Below, one piece after another: positions 1-10,511 of a DNA stretch of 64,000 bases. Source of the DNA: an uncultured delta proteobacterium (GTDB lineage: Bacteria > Desulfobacterota > Binatia > HRBIN30 > BPIQ01); contig CAVXGR010000015.1 in assembly GCA_963761335.1 (NCBI GenBank), forward strand, positions 224,001-288,000. Reading direction: 5' to 3'. A model generated the notes under the pieces. That model saw only the letters and a program-made list of their open reading frames with translations. It was not told where the DNA came from and ran no database searches. Positions within the stretch are counted from its first letter, which is position 1; the number at the start of each line of letters is the position of its first letter. Position numbers and translations under genes: made by a program.

Positions 1-517
1 CTTCGAGACGGACCTGCCGCAGGGTACCGACGGCCGCGTCTCCATGGCGGCGGACGGGCAGAAGCGGATCTACCTGCGCCGCGACAATCCGCGGCCGCTG
101 CTGCGCCTGGCCCTGGCACACGAGATCATCCACGCCGAGCTGCACCTGGCAGCCGGCCGCACCGTCGAGATCGACGGCTGCCGTGTCGGCGAGCACCGGC
201 CGGACGGGAGTCTCGAGGTTGCCGAGCGCGAGGCCGAGTTCGGCGCTGCCGCGCTCTTGATGCCGCTCTGGATGGTCTCGCGCTACGTCCCCCGCGTCGG
301 CGTGGCTTCCGAGCGCGGCGTGCGAGATCTGGCCCGCATGTTTCGCGTGACCGACGCGGTGGTGCGCACGCAGCTGACCTATTGGGACGCGATCGGCGAG
401 CCTCTTTCCCCGGGGGAAGGGCCCTGGAGTCATTCGTCGTGGATGGAGAGCACTTCCGTCTGCGGAAGGCTCGACCGCCTGACGGCCGGGCGCGCTCCCG
501 CAGTGCGCGCTCGCTGA
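1..517 (+). CDS. ImmA/IrrE family metallo-endopeptidase (5'-truncated by window edge)
   Basis: R.ALAHEIIH (HExxH), then E.EA..GAAALLMP and LA.MF.V; frame is open back to position 2. Confidence 0.8.
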   Translation, partial: FETDLPQGTDGRVSMAADGQKRIYLRRDNPRPLLRLALAHEIIHAELHLAAGRTVEIDGCRVGEHRPDGSLEVAEREAEFGAAALLMPLWMVSRYVPRVGVASERGVRDLARMFRVTDAVVRTQLTYWDAIGEPLSPGEGPWSHSSWMESTSVCGRLDRLTAGRAPAVRAR

Positions 518-542
518 GCGGCGCCGCGGCCGCCGGGGCCGC

Positions 543-1706
543 ATGAAGGTCGCCTACTTCGACGCCTTCTCCGGGATCAGCGGCGACATGGTGGTCGGTG
601 CGCTGGTCGCCGCCGGCGTGCCCATCGACCACCTGCGCGAGGGGCTCGGCCGCCTCGATCTGCACGGCTACTCGGTGACCGCGACGCCGCTTCAGGTGCG
701 CGGCATCGCCGCGATCAAGTTCGACGTGCACCTCGAGGATGCCGCCCATACCCACCGGCGCCACGCCGACATCAGCGCTCTGATCGAGGGCAGCCGCCTC
801 GAGCTCGGCGTGAAGCAGATGGCGCTGCGCATCTTTGCGCTTCTCGCCCAGGCGGAAGGCCGCGTCCACGGCGTGGACGCCGGGGAAGTGACCTTTCACG
901 AGATCGGCGCCGTGGACTCGATCGTCGACATCGTCGCCGCGGCGATCGGCTTCAGCACCCTCGGCATCGAGCGCGCCTTCGTCTCGGCTCTGCCCGGCGG
1001 CTCGGGAATGGTTGCCTCGCAGCACGGCCCGCTCCCGGTGCCGGCGCCGGCGACCGTCGAGCTGCTGCGCGGCTTTGCGCTGCGTCTCGGTGATGGTGAG
1101 GGCGAGCTGGTGACCCCGACGGGCGCCGCCATTGTCGCCGCCCTGGCGGCGCCGGGCCCGCCGCCGCCGCTGCGAGTGATCGCCGTCGGCTGCGGCGCCG
1201 GCAGCCGCAGCCTCGCCGATCGGCCAAACCTCCTGCGTCTGATGGTCGGCGAGGTCGAGGCGGCACTCGAGCGCGATCAGGTCGCCATCATCGAAACCAA
1301 CATCGACGACAGCAGCCCGGAGATCTACGATTTCGTGTTCGAGCGCCTCTTTGCCGCCGGGGCTCTCGACGTCTCCCTCGCCGCCGTGCAGATGAAGAAG
1401 AACCGGCCGGGGACGCTGCTGCGGGTCATCTGTGCGCCGGCGGATCGGCAACGGCTGGGGGAGATCGTTCTGACCGAGACGTCGGCCATTGGGATTCGAT
1501 CGTTTCTGGCCGAGCGCCTGAAGCTGCCGCGGGAGATTCGCGAGGTGAGCACCGAGTACGGTCCGGTGCGGGTCAAGATGTCACGCAGCCCGGACGGCAC
1601 CCTTCATGCTGCCCCCGAGTACGACGACTGCGCTCGCATCGCCCGCGCCCGCGGCGTGGCCCTCAAGCTCGTCTACGCCGCGGCCGTGCGCGACGCGGTG
1701 CGGTAA
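543..1706 (+). CDS. larC: nickel pincer cofactor biosynthesis protein LarC
   Basis: N-terminal YFDAFSGISGDM, FHEIGAVDSIVDI, ETNIDD, MKKNRPG, PEYDDC motifs. Confidence 0.92.
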   Translation: MKVAYFDAFSGISGDMVVGALVAAGVPIDHLREGLGRLDLHGYSVTATPLQVRGIAAIKFDVHLEDAAHTHRRHADISALIEGSRLELGVKQMALRIFALLAQAEGRVHGVDAGEVTFHEIGAVDSIVDIVAAAIGFSTLGIERAFVSALPGGSGMVASQHGPLPVPAPATVELLRGFALRLGDGEGELVTPTGAAIVAALAAPGPPPPLRVIAVGCGAGSRSLADRPNLLRLMVGEVEAALERDQVAIIETNIDDSSPEIYDFVFERLFAAGALDVSLAAVQMKKNRPGTLLRVICAPADRQRLGEIVLTETSAIGIRSFLAERLKLPREIREVSTEYGPVRVKMSRSPDGTLHAAPEYDDCARIARARGVALKLVYAAAVRDAVR

Positions 1707-1713
1707 CCGCATC

Positions 1714-1783
1714 TGGGAGCGCGGCCGTCCCGGCCGCAAGTGGATGTCAGAGAGCGGAGGTGGCCAAGCTGGCGGCCCTCCCA
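1714..1783. repeat. 70-bp palindromic REPIN-like element, family A
   Basis: TGGGAGCGCGGCCGTCCCGGCCGC...CCCTCCCA; reverse complement aligns with copies at 29906 and 38860, including the spacer. Confidence 0.85.
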
Positions 1784-1925
1784 AGGGGCGCCGCGCGTCG
1801 GCCTCGAGCTGCGTCTCCGCAGTCCGGGACGTGCGCTGGCCGCCTCCTCCAGAGACGATGACCGGGAGGCGCGGGCCGGGCCTGCTGGTGGCATGATAGT
1901 TGGGTGCCCGAGGGCCCGGAGGGAA

Positions 1926-2555
1926 ATGATGAGCCATTCAGCAACCCCGCTCGGCGACACGCTCGCCAGGTGGCGGGCGGCATTGAAAGGGGCGGCGTAC
2001 TCCGGTTTCGGCCGGGATCGCTGGCAGCATCCGGACGAGGTGATCGCCGCGCTGCAGATTGCGAAAGGGTCGTCGATCGCCGAGATCGGACCGGGAGGCG
2101 GGTATTTCACCTTTCGCCTGGCGGCCGCCACAGGGCCGGCGGGCAAGGTCTACGCCGCCGACGCCGACGCGGACCTGGTTGCCGACATCGCCGCCCGCGC
2201 ATCCCTGGATGGTGCCGGCAACGTCGAAGCAATTCTCGCCGACGGCGCCGATCCCCAGCTCCCGGTGAACGACATCGACCTGGTGTTCACCAGCAATGCC
2301 TACCATCACCTCTCGGGGCGCACCGCCTATTTTCGTCGCCTGCGCCGCCATCTGAAGCCGGATGGGCGCGTCGCCATCATCGACAGCAACGGTGGTGGCT
2401 GGCTGCACAAGCTCTTCGGTCACTGGACGTCCCGCGAAGTGATCGAGGCCGAGATGCGTGCTGCCGGCTACCGTCTCGAGGAGGCGCACGCGGTGGTTGC
2501 CGAGCAGCATTTCCTCGTCTTCCGCGCCGAGCCGCGGGGCGAGCCGGCTCAATGA
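1926..2555 (+). CDS. class I SAM-dependent methyltransferase
   Basis: RDRWQHPDEVI, IAEIGPGGGYFT, YHH, LKPDGRVAIID; start moved to ATG 1926. Confidence 0.85.
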   Translation: MMSHSATPLGDTLARWRAALKGAAYSGFGRDRWQHPDEVIAALQIAKGSSIAEIGPGGGYFTFRLAAATGPAGKVYAADADADLVADIAARASLDGAGNVEAILADGADPQLPVNDIDLVFTSNAYHHLSGRTAYFRRLRRHLKPDGRVAIIDSNGGGWLHKLFGHWTSREVIEAEMRAAGYRLEEAHAVVAEQHFLVFRAEPRGEPAQ

Positions 2556-4552
2556 TGCGCTTCGGCCGGCGCTGATGTCCGCTCCGGCCGCGGGATCGAG
2601 TCAGCCGGGATGTGGCATACGGCGAGGTCCCAGCGCCGGTCGTCAGGGTCGCGGAGCATCTCGCACGAGGAGCCGGTGTAGAGCTTCTCCACGTCGCGGA
2701 GCATGCGCAGGTTGGTGTAGGGACGCTCGATCAGCAGCAGCACGTCGCGGTTGGGCGGCGGCAGGATCCGGAAGGGCAGCGCCTGATCGGGGTGGGTGAG
2801 GATGCGGCCCTGGAGCCAACGCGGCTTGATCCAGTCGTAATCGTTGTGGGTGAAGAAGTTGGTGAGGATCGGCGTGAGGAAATAGATGTACTCGCCGCGA
2901 TAGTGATCCTTCAGGTAGAACGCCGCCACCGTGTACTCATTGCGATGCCAGGCGCGCACCGAGCGGCTGCCGGCGAGCTCGCGGAACAGGAAGTTGTAGT
3001 TCCACGCCCCGGCGGACAGGGCGACGAGTACCAGCAGCAGGCGGAACGGACGCGTCCGGCCGTATTCGGCGGCGAGATCGCCGAGCTTCTGCGCGATCAG
3101 CGCCGTGAAGGCGAAGGTGAACGGAATCAGCATCGCCAGGCGGCGGAAGTCGAGGCTCTGCACCACGGTGGTGGACATCAGTGCCAGGAAGAGGAAGGTC
3201 AGGCCGAAGAAGAGGTGATGCTTCTGGCGGAAGCGCAGCAGTGTCGTCCCCAAGCCGAGCACGAAGAGAACGCCGGTGAAGGGGTCGAGCAAGGGCTTCA
3301 CCTGGATGTTCAGGGAGGGGAAGAAGGCGCCGTGGTCCCAGCGCGTGAAGGCGTCCGCCGAGTCGCGGATGCGCTCCAGGCGCAGCTGGATGAAGTGCAG
3401 CGGATCGCTGGTGTAGTAGGTGGTGTTGTCCAGCGAGCGACCCATCGCCTCGGTGTACGCCTCGACCCCGCCGCGCTGCAGCAGGTGGACGAGCGGCGGC
3501 ACGAACAGCGCCAGCACTGCCGTGAACAGCAGGATGCGGCGCCACTCGGCAGCGGTGCGGCGCGTCCACAGCCCGTGCGCGGTGAGAAAGAGCAAGGAGA
3601 TGAGCGCCGTGCCGCGGTAGCCGGCATAGTCGTAAAGGGTGTAGCCGCAGAGCGCTCCGAGAGCGACGTAGTACGACGGGCGGGGCTCGTCGCGAGTGCG
3701 CAGGAGGAGGTAGAGGACGATGGTGAAGGGGAACAGCGGCGCATAGACGTCCTCGTTGTACCAGCTGACCTGCACATGCCAGCGGGATACGGCGAGCAGG
3801 GCCGTTGCCAGCAGCGCCGCGGGAGTCTCGGCGATCTCGCGCGCCAGCAGGTAGAAGACGATGAGCGTCAGCCAGCCGAGCACCATCACCGGTACCCGCA
3901 GGGCATTCATCGAGTAGCCGAAGAGGTGGAAGGACGCCGCCGCCAGGTACTGGGGAAGCGGCCACTCCCAGGGGCGCATGCCGTAGCGGAGGATCATCCA
4001 GCCGGCGGTGCCCCGCTGTGTCTCCTCGACGGAAGAGAAGCCGGTCGGCGGCGGGAAGGTGCCCAACGTGGCGAACCGATAGATGAATCCGACGGCGAGG
4101 ATGGCGGCCAACAGCTGCAGGTCGCGCCGGCGCAGCAGCCCTGCGGCCCGGGCGAGTCTCGGCCGCCAGCGGTCGCCGTAGCCGGCGGTCAGATCGAGAC
4201 CCAGCCCCAGCGCCAGGAGCGCCGGCGGCCCGACCGCCAGGACGCGGAACAGCAGCGCGTCCCAGCTCTCCACCAGCCACCAGGTGCAGAGGATGGAGAC
4301 GGCGCCGCCGGCCAGGGCCAGGACTGCGCCGCCCCAGAAGACCAGCCGCCTGGGAGACGAGGCCGGCGCCGCTGGCGGCGGTACGGCGTCTCGCCGCGGC
4401 AGAGCCAGGGCCAGGAGCAGGACGGCGGCGAGGTCCAGGGCGAAGGGGAGCGGGGTGTGATAATCGCGCAGCTTGATGATCTGAGACACTACGGCCACCG
4501 CCAGACCGAGAGCGACGAGGCCGAGCCTTTTCAGCGAACGCGAGAGTTGCAC
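2549..4552 (-). CDS. GT-C fold glycosyltransferase family 39 (ArnT/PMT-like) membrane protein
   Basis: Many TM segments; acidic loop FSSVEET; LFGYS..ALRVP; ALLAVSRWHV.S. Confidence 0.75.
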   Translation of the reverse strand: MQLSRSLKRLGLVALGLAVAVVSQIIKLRDYHTPLPFALDLAAVLLLALALPRRDAVPPPAAPASSPRRLVFWGGAVLALAGGAVSILCTWWLVESWDALLFRVLAVGPPALLALGLGLDLTAGYGDRWRPRLARAAGLLRRRDLQLLAAILAVGFIYRFATLGTFPPPTGFSSVEETQRGTAGWMILRYGMRPWEWPLPQYLAAASFHLFGYSMNALRVPVMVLGWLTLIVFYLLAREIAETPAALLATALLAVSRWHVQVSWYNEDVYAPLFPFTIVLYLLLRTRDEPRPSYYVALGALCGYTLYDYAGYRGTALISLLFLTAHGLWTRRTAAEWRRILLFTAVLALFVPPLVHLLQRGGVEAYTEAMGRSLDNTTYYTSDPLHFIQLRLERIRDSADAFTRWDHGAFFPSLNIQVKPLLDPFTGVLFVLGLGTTLLRFRQKHHLFFGLTFLFLALMSTTVVQSLDFRRLAMLIPFTFAFTALIAQKLGDLAAEYGRTRPFRLLLVLVALSAGAWNYNFLFRELAGSRSVRAWHRNEYTVAAFYLKDHYRGEYIYFLTPILTNFFTHNDYDWIKPRWLQGRILTHPDQALPFRILPPPNRDVLLLIERPYTNLRMLRDVEKLYTGSSCEMLRDPDDRRWDLAVCHIPADSIPRPERTSAPAEAHH

Positions 4553-4684
4553 CGCGTCTGGCTTCTTTCATTGTCGGCCGTCCGGTTCAAGACACCCATC
4601 GGTCTAGCAGTGTCCTGATTTCCCCAGTGTCAGACGTTGAGAGGTGCAATTGGGTAGTCATTCGAGTCGTTGCGGGCGTGGAAC

Positions 4685-4825
4685 CCCTCTCCCGCATTGC
4701 CTGCGGGAGAGGGCTGGGGTGAGGGTGCCGATCTCTTTGAACGCCGCGAATATCCACGAGCTTTCAGTGAGAAAGGGACCCCTCTCCTCAATCCTCTCCC
4801 CGCCGAGAAGATGCGGGGAGAGGGA
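4685..4825. repeat. inverted doublet of CCCTCTCCC..GGGAGAGGG hairpin repeats, family C
   Basis: CCCTCTCCCGCA-TTGCC-TGCGGGAGAGGGCTGGGGTGAGGG at 4685 and inverted partner at 4779-4825. Confidence 0.8.
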
Positions 4826-4953
4826 GCTTGCGGACGCGGCGCGCGGAAACAGGTGCAGACGTCGAATCAGGACACTACCGGTGGTCTCGCGGCGCAGCAC
4901 CGGGGCTGCGGTCGCAGCCGGAGGCGTGCGGAATCGGAGCGATTTTTGCGCTT

Positions 4954-4981
4954 TTGCGGGCAAAGGGCGGTCGTGTAGAAT
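4954..4981 (+). promoter_or_regulatory. putative sigma70 promoter upstream of HK-RR-pspA operon
   Basis: TTGCGG-N16-TAGAAT. Confidence 0.4.
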
Positions 4982-4982
4982 C

Positions 4983-4998
4983 TGGCACGGGACTGGCT
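4983..4998 (+). promoter_or_regulatory. sigma54 (-24/-12) promoter
   Basis: TGGCACGGGACTGGCT = GG-N10-GC with TGGCACG core, 27 nt before ATG 5026. Confidence 0.7.
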
Positions 4999-5025
4999 AC
5001 TGTCAGCTTCGGCACTCGAGCGAGA

Positions 5026-6267
5026 ATGGCACTCTTCGGATTCTTCATCGCACTGATCCTCTTCTTCCACTACAAGCGGCGGCTGCATGCCTACCGCCGC
5101 CGCTATCGGCTCGACGAGGACAGCGTGAGCTGCAGCGGCGCCGTGAGCTGGCACGACCAGTGGCAGCGACAGTGGGCGGACAAGTTCCAGAAGCAGGCGG
5201 AGCACCGCAAGCGCCACATCGAGCGACACGCCCAGCGCCATCTGCGCCAGCTCGAGCGCAAGGCGCGCAAGTTCGGCTTCTCGATTGCGCCGAACGGCGC
5301 CGGAGCGGATACGCCGAGCCCGGACGATCCGGATGCGGCGCTCCTCTGGCGGGCCCGCCGCCGCGCCGCCGCCGAGGCGGGCTTCTACACGCACCTGATG
5401 AGCTATCTCGGGGTCATGGCCTTCCTGGCTCTCATCAATCTGCTCACCACCAGCTATCCCTGGTTCGTCTGGCCGGCGCTCGGCTGGGGCATCGGCCTCT
5501 TCTCGCACTACATGGCGGTGTTCGGCTCGCGGGCTGTCAAGGAGCGCTACTTCGAGCCGGCGGTGGAGCGCGAGGTGCGACGCGAGCGCGTCGCCATGCA
5601 CACGGAGAAGCAGGCGAGCATCGACGAGCTCTCCTCGACGATCGCTCACGAGATCCGCAACCCGATTGCCGCCGCCAAGAGCCTGGTGCAGCAGATGGGG
5701 GAGGACCCGACCTCGGTGGAGAACGTCGAGTACGCGCACGTGGCGCTGGAGGAGCTCGATCGCGTCGAGCGCCGCATCTCGCATCTCCTCAAGTACGCCA
5801 AGGAGGAGGACTACACCTTCGAGCCGGTGAACCTGGCCGCCGTGGTCGACTCGGCACTGACGCAGATGCGCGCCAAGCTGGAGGCGGCCAAGGTCGGCGT
5901 GGTGCGCAACTACATCGGCGGACCGACGGTGGTCGTCGACGGCGAGAAGCTGAAGCAGGTTTTCGCCAACATTCTCGACAACGCCATCGACGCCCTCGAC
6001 GGCGTCGCCGAGGGCCGGCGTATCGAGGTGTTCATCAGCAATGGCGGGCGCGGCGCTGTGGTGCGCATGCGCGACAACGGCACCGGCATTCCCGCCGAGA
6101 AGATCGACCGGATCTTCAACCCCTTCTTCACCACCAAGGAAAAGGGAACCGGTCTCGGCATGGCGATCTCCAAGAAGATCGTCGAGGCCCACGAGGGCTC
6201 GATCGACGTGGTCAGCGAGCAGGGACACGGCGCCGAGTTCGTGGTGAGCCTGCCGTTGCCGCACTGA
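5026..6267 (+). CDS. sensor histidine kinase with 2TM domain
   Basis: 2TM-like FYTHL..Y...INL.T..YPWF.WP.LGWGIGL..H; H-box IAHEIRNP; N/G boxes, FFTTKEKGTGLG. Confidence 0.9.
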   Translation: MALFGFFIALILFFHYKRRLHAYRRRYRLDEDSVSCSGAVSWHDQWQRQWADKFQKQAEHRKRHIERHAQRHLRQLERKARKFGFSIAPNGAGADTPSPDDPDAALLWRARRRAAAEAGFYTHLMSYLGVMAFLALINLLTTSYPWFVWPALGWGIGLFSHYMAVFGSRAVKERYFEPAVEREVRRERVAMHTEKQASIDELSSTIAHEIRNPIAAAKSLVQQMGEDPTSVENVEYAHVALEELDRVERRISHLLKYAKEEDYTFEPVNLAAVVDSALTQMRAKLEAAKVGVVRNYIGGPTVVVDGEKLKQVFANILDNAIDALDGVAEGRRIEVFISNGGRGAVVRMRDNGTGIPAEKIDRIFNPFFTTKEKGTGLGMAISKKIVEAHEGSIDVVSEQGHGAEFVVSLPLPH

Positions 6268-6289
6268 GGCGCATGGCCGAGGTGGAACC

Positions 6290-7687
<1,398 letters not shown>

Positions 7688-7711
7688 GCGGGTCGTGCAG
7701 AGGAGATTCTC

Positions 7712-8425
7712 ATGCCATTCATCGCCAGAGTGCGGAACCTGATGGGCGGCTTCCTGTCGGAGTGGATCGGCCGGCGCGAGCACCGCAATCCGGAGGCCGT
7801 CTACGAGGCGGCGATCCAGGAACGCCTGCAGCGCTACGAGAAGCTGCGGCAGGCGGCGGCGGGTGTTCTCTACATGCGCGGCAAGCTGTCGCGCGAGCTG
7901 GATCTGCGCTCGGCGGAGCTCACCCGCCTGAGCCGGCAGCTCGAGATCGCCGTCGAGGAGGACGACGACCCTGTCGCCCTGACGCTGATCACCCGCCGCG
8001 ACGCCGTCAACGGCGAGGTCGAGCGGCTCACTGCCGAGCTCGCCGAGCTCACCACCGAGGCCGAGGCGGCGAAGAAAAACCTCATCGCCTTTCAGGACGA
8101 GATCCTGCGCCTGCGCGACGAGAAGGTGCGCATGGCGGCGCGGCTGGCGAATGCGCGGGCGCGGCTGCGCCTGCAGAAGACGCTCGGCGGCTTCTCCGCC
8201 GACGCCGACATCCGCGCCCTCGACGCGGTGCGAGACTACATCAATCGCACCGTTTCCGAGGTGCAGCTGAGCCGCGACCTCGGCGACGCCGATCTGGCGG
8301 AGCGCCTGGGGAGCATCCGCGAGGCGGAGTCCGAGGCCGCGGCGCGGGCGCAGCTGCGCGAGCTCAAGCGAAGCCGCCGGCGCAAGCTGCTGCCCGTGGC
8401 ACTGCCGGCGGCGTCCACCTCGTGA
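7712..8425 (+). CDS. pspA: PspA/IM30 family protein
   Basis: N-terminal amphipathic helix, NPEAVYEAAI, long coiled coil, L.ELK ending. Confidence 0.8.
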   Translation: MPFIARVRNLMGGFLSEWIGRREHRNPEAVYEAAIQERLQRYEKLRQAAAGVLYMRGKLSRELDLRSAELTRLSRQLEIAVEEDDDPVALTLITRRDAVNGEVERLTAELAELTTEAEAAKKNLIAFQDEILRLRDEKVRMAARLANARARLRLQKTLGGFSADADIRALDAVRDYINRTVSEVQLSRDLGDADLAERLGSIREAESEAAARAQLRELKRSRRRKLLPVALPAASTS

Positions 8426-8441
8426 GGCCGCCGGCAGCGCC

Positions 8442-9002
8442 TCAGAACTCCTCGATCGGTTCCTCCACCTGATACATGATGGCGACCACCTTGCGGTCCG
8501 GATTGCCCGGGTCGCTGGCGATTACCACATTGGTGATCAGCTGTCCCTTGCGGAACGACAGGAACGACTGGTGCTCGGTCTGGTATTCCTGCTCGACCTT
8601 GTAGCCCTTGGGCGTGAGATCCTGCTTGTAGAAGTCGAAGATCTCCGCCGGCGTCCCCTCGTTGGTGCTGAAGATGACGTTGTGGGCGCCGCCGCCGAGC
8701 TTCTGCACGGCGCTCACCGTGGCGCCCTTGAAGATCGGCACGTCGGACGGGAAGTCCTCCGGGAGCTTGGCGGCCTCGGTGCCCGGTGTGGCCACGGCGG
8801 GCGTGGTGGGGCGCGGCGACGGGGTGGCCATTTCCTCCTTGGGCGAGGCCATCGGCGCGATCGTCGCCTGGAATCCCGGGGCGCGCGTCGGCAGCGCCGC
8901 CGGTGCCGGCGGCACCGCCGGCGCCTGCTCGCGGCAGGTGCATGAGGCGAGCGACATACTGAGGAAAAGCGCATTGACGGCGTGGGCGAACTTCAATTTC
9001 AT
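8442..9002 (-). CDS. hypothetical lipoprotein with Pro/Ala linker
   Basis: Signal peptide with LASC lipobox; KLPEDFPSDVPIF domain; RBS GGAGAG upstream. Confidence 0.7.
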   Translation of the reverse strand: MKLKFAHAVNALFLSMSLASCTCREQAPAVPPAPAALPTRAPGFQATIAPMASPKEEMATPSPRPTTPAVATPGTEAAKLPEDFPSDVPIFKGATVSAVQKLGGGAHNVIFSTNEGTPAEIFDFYKQDLTPKGYKVEQEYQTEHQSFLSFRKGQLITNVVIASDPGNPDRKVVAIMYQVEEPIEEF

Positions 9003-9259
9003 GGGGCTCTCCTTGCTGAGTCTCCGCTCCCCCCGCTGATTATACGAAACCGGGGGCAAGTGGAACTGGGTTCGCTGCCACTGCCGCGAGGCGGCCGGTC
9101 ATTGTCCTTGGTGCGGTATTGGCACGGACGGGCAATGTTGCTACGTATAGCGGACCCGAGCGCAGCTTCCCTCGACGTGACAATCTCACCAGATATCTCA
9201 CCGTATGCACAGACGGTCGGATTGCCGAGCGCATTCGACCGCCGGCGGCGGAATTCTTG

Positions 9260-10468
9260 ATGCCCGACAAATTCTGTAGCCAGTGCGGCGCCGAGCTTCT
9301 TGCCGACGCCAGGTTCTGCATGCAGTGCGGCCGTGCCCTGAAGGGGGGCCGTGTGCCGGCTGCCCGACCGGCGTTCCACCTCGGTCGCTGGGCGCCCGCG
9401 GTGGTCTTCGGCGGCGTCGTGTTGATCGGCTCCGTAGCCGTTCTCTTCGCCCTCTACAAGCCCGCGGTGGCGCCTTCGGTCCCCGGCCGGGCGGCGCCCG
9501 ACAGCGCCCCCTCGGGTGGCGCCATGAACGGCGGCGCCATGCCTCCGGGCCATCCGCCCCTCGAGATCCCCGAGGACGTGAAGAAGACGCTGGCGGATCT
9601 ACGCCAGCAGGCGGAAGCCGCCCCCGACGACCTCGAGGCGTGGAATCGGCTCGCCGGCGCCGAGTACCGCGCCGGTCAGCTCGACCGCAGCTATCTGTCC
9701 AAGGCCGAGCAAGCGTATCTCCACATCCTGCAGAAGACGCCGAAGGATCTGGAGGCCCTGCGCACTCTCGGCAACATCGCCTTCGACCGCGACCAGTCGG
9801 AGCAGGCGATCGACTACTACAAGCGCTATCTCGCTGTGAAGCCGGACGACATCAATGTGAAGACCGACATGGCGACCATGTATCTCGCCAAGGGAGAGGC
9901 GGAGACCGCGATCGGCATGTACCAAAAGGTGCTTGCGGAGAAGCCGGGCTTCTTCCAGCCGCTCTTCAACCTCGGCATCGCCTACAAGGCGAGCGGTGAC
10001 GCGGAGAAGTCGAAGGAGTACTTCGAGCAGGCGAAGAAAGCGGCTCCCGACGACCGCGCGCGCGCCCAGGTGGACGAGGTGATGGCGCGCGCCTTCGGCA
10101 CGCCGGCGGCTCCCGGCTCGGAGGTCGAGCAGATGGCCGAGCAGCAAGGCGCTGCGCCCGCGCAGGTGCCGGCACCGGCCGCCGGGGGCAACGCCTTCGA
10201 GCAGTCGGTGGAGGCGATCTTCCGCAACCATCCGATGCTCTCTCCCAAGCTCGATCACTTCGCCTGGTCCGACGGCGATGCCAAGGTGAAGGTCTTTCTG
10301 CACGACTTCCCTATGGGAGCCATGCCCGACGCGATCCGCGAGCGCTTCGCCGATCACATCCGTACCGAGCTGACGCAGAGCAAGCAGGCCGCCGGCAAGA
10401 CGACGCCGGTGACCGTCGAGCTCGTCGACGCCGGTACCCAGTCGGTGATGGATACGGTGACCCAGTGA
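9260..10468 (+). CDS. zinc-ribbon / TM / TPR protein
   Basis: CSQCG..ARFCMQCG, one TM helix, MPPGHPP, several TPRs. Confidence 0.8.
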   Translation: MPDKFCSQCGAELLADARFCMQCGRALKGGRVPAARPAFHLGRWAPAVVFGGVVLIGSVAVLFALYKPAVAPSVPGRAAPDSAPSGGAMNGGAMPPGHPPLEIPEDVKKTLADLRQQAEAAPDDLEAWNRLAGAEYRAGQLDRSYLSKAEQAYLHILQKTPKDLEALRTLGNIAFDRDQSEQAIDYYKRYLAVKPDDINVKTDMATMYLAKGEAETAIGMYQKVLAEKPGFFQPLFNLGIAYKASGDAEKSKEYFEQAKKAAPDDRARAQVDEVMARAFGTPAAPGSEVEQMAEQQGAAPAQVPAPAAGGNAFEQSVEAIFRNHPMLSPKLDHFAWSDGDAKVKVFLHDFPMGAMPDAIRERFADHIRTELTQSKQAAGKTTPVTVELVDAGTQSVMDTVTQ

Positions 10469-10511
10469 ACGCCGTCGCCGCTGGGGATCTGCACCGCTGA
10501 GGATCCCGGCC

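Noticed and set aside
4828..5025. Upstream extension of the kinase ORF and similar extended ORF-track starts
   Set aside because: Overlaps promoter motifs; downstream starts fit RBS and domain boundaries better
9120..9135. TGGCACG as a sigma54 promoter
   Set aside because: GG to GC spacing is 9, not 10
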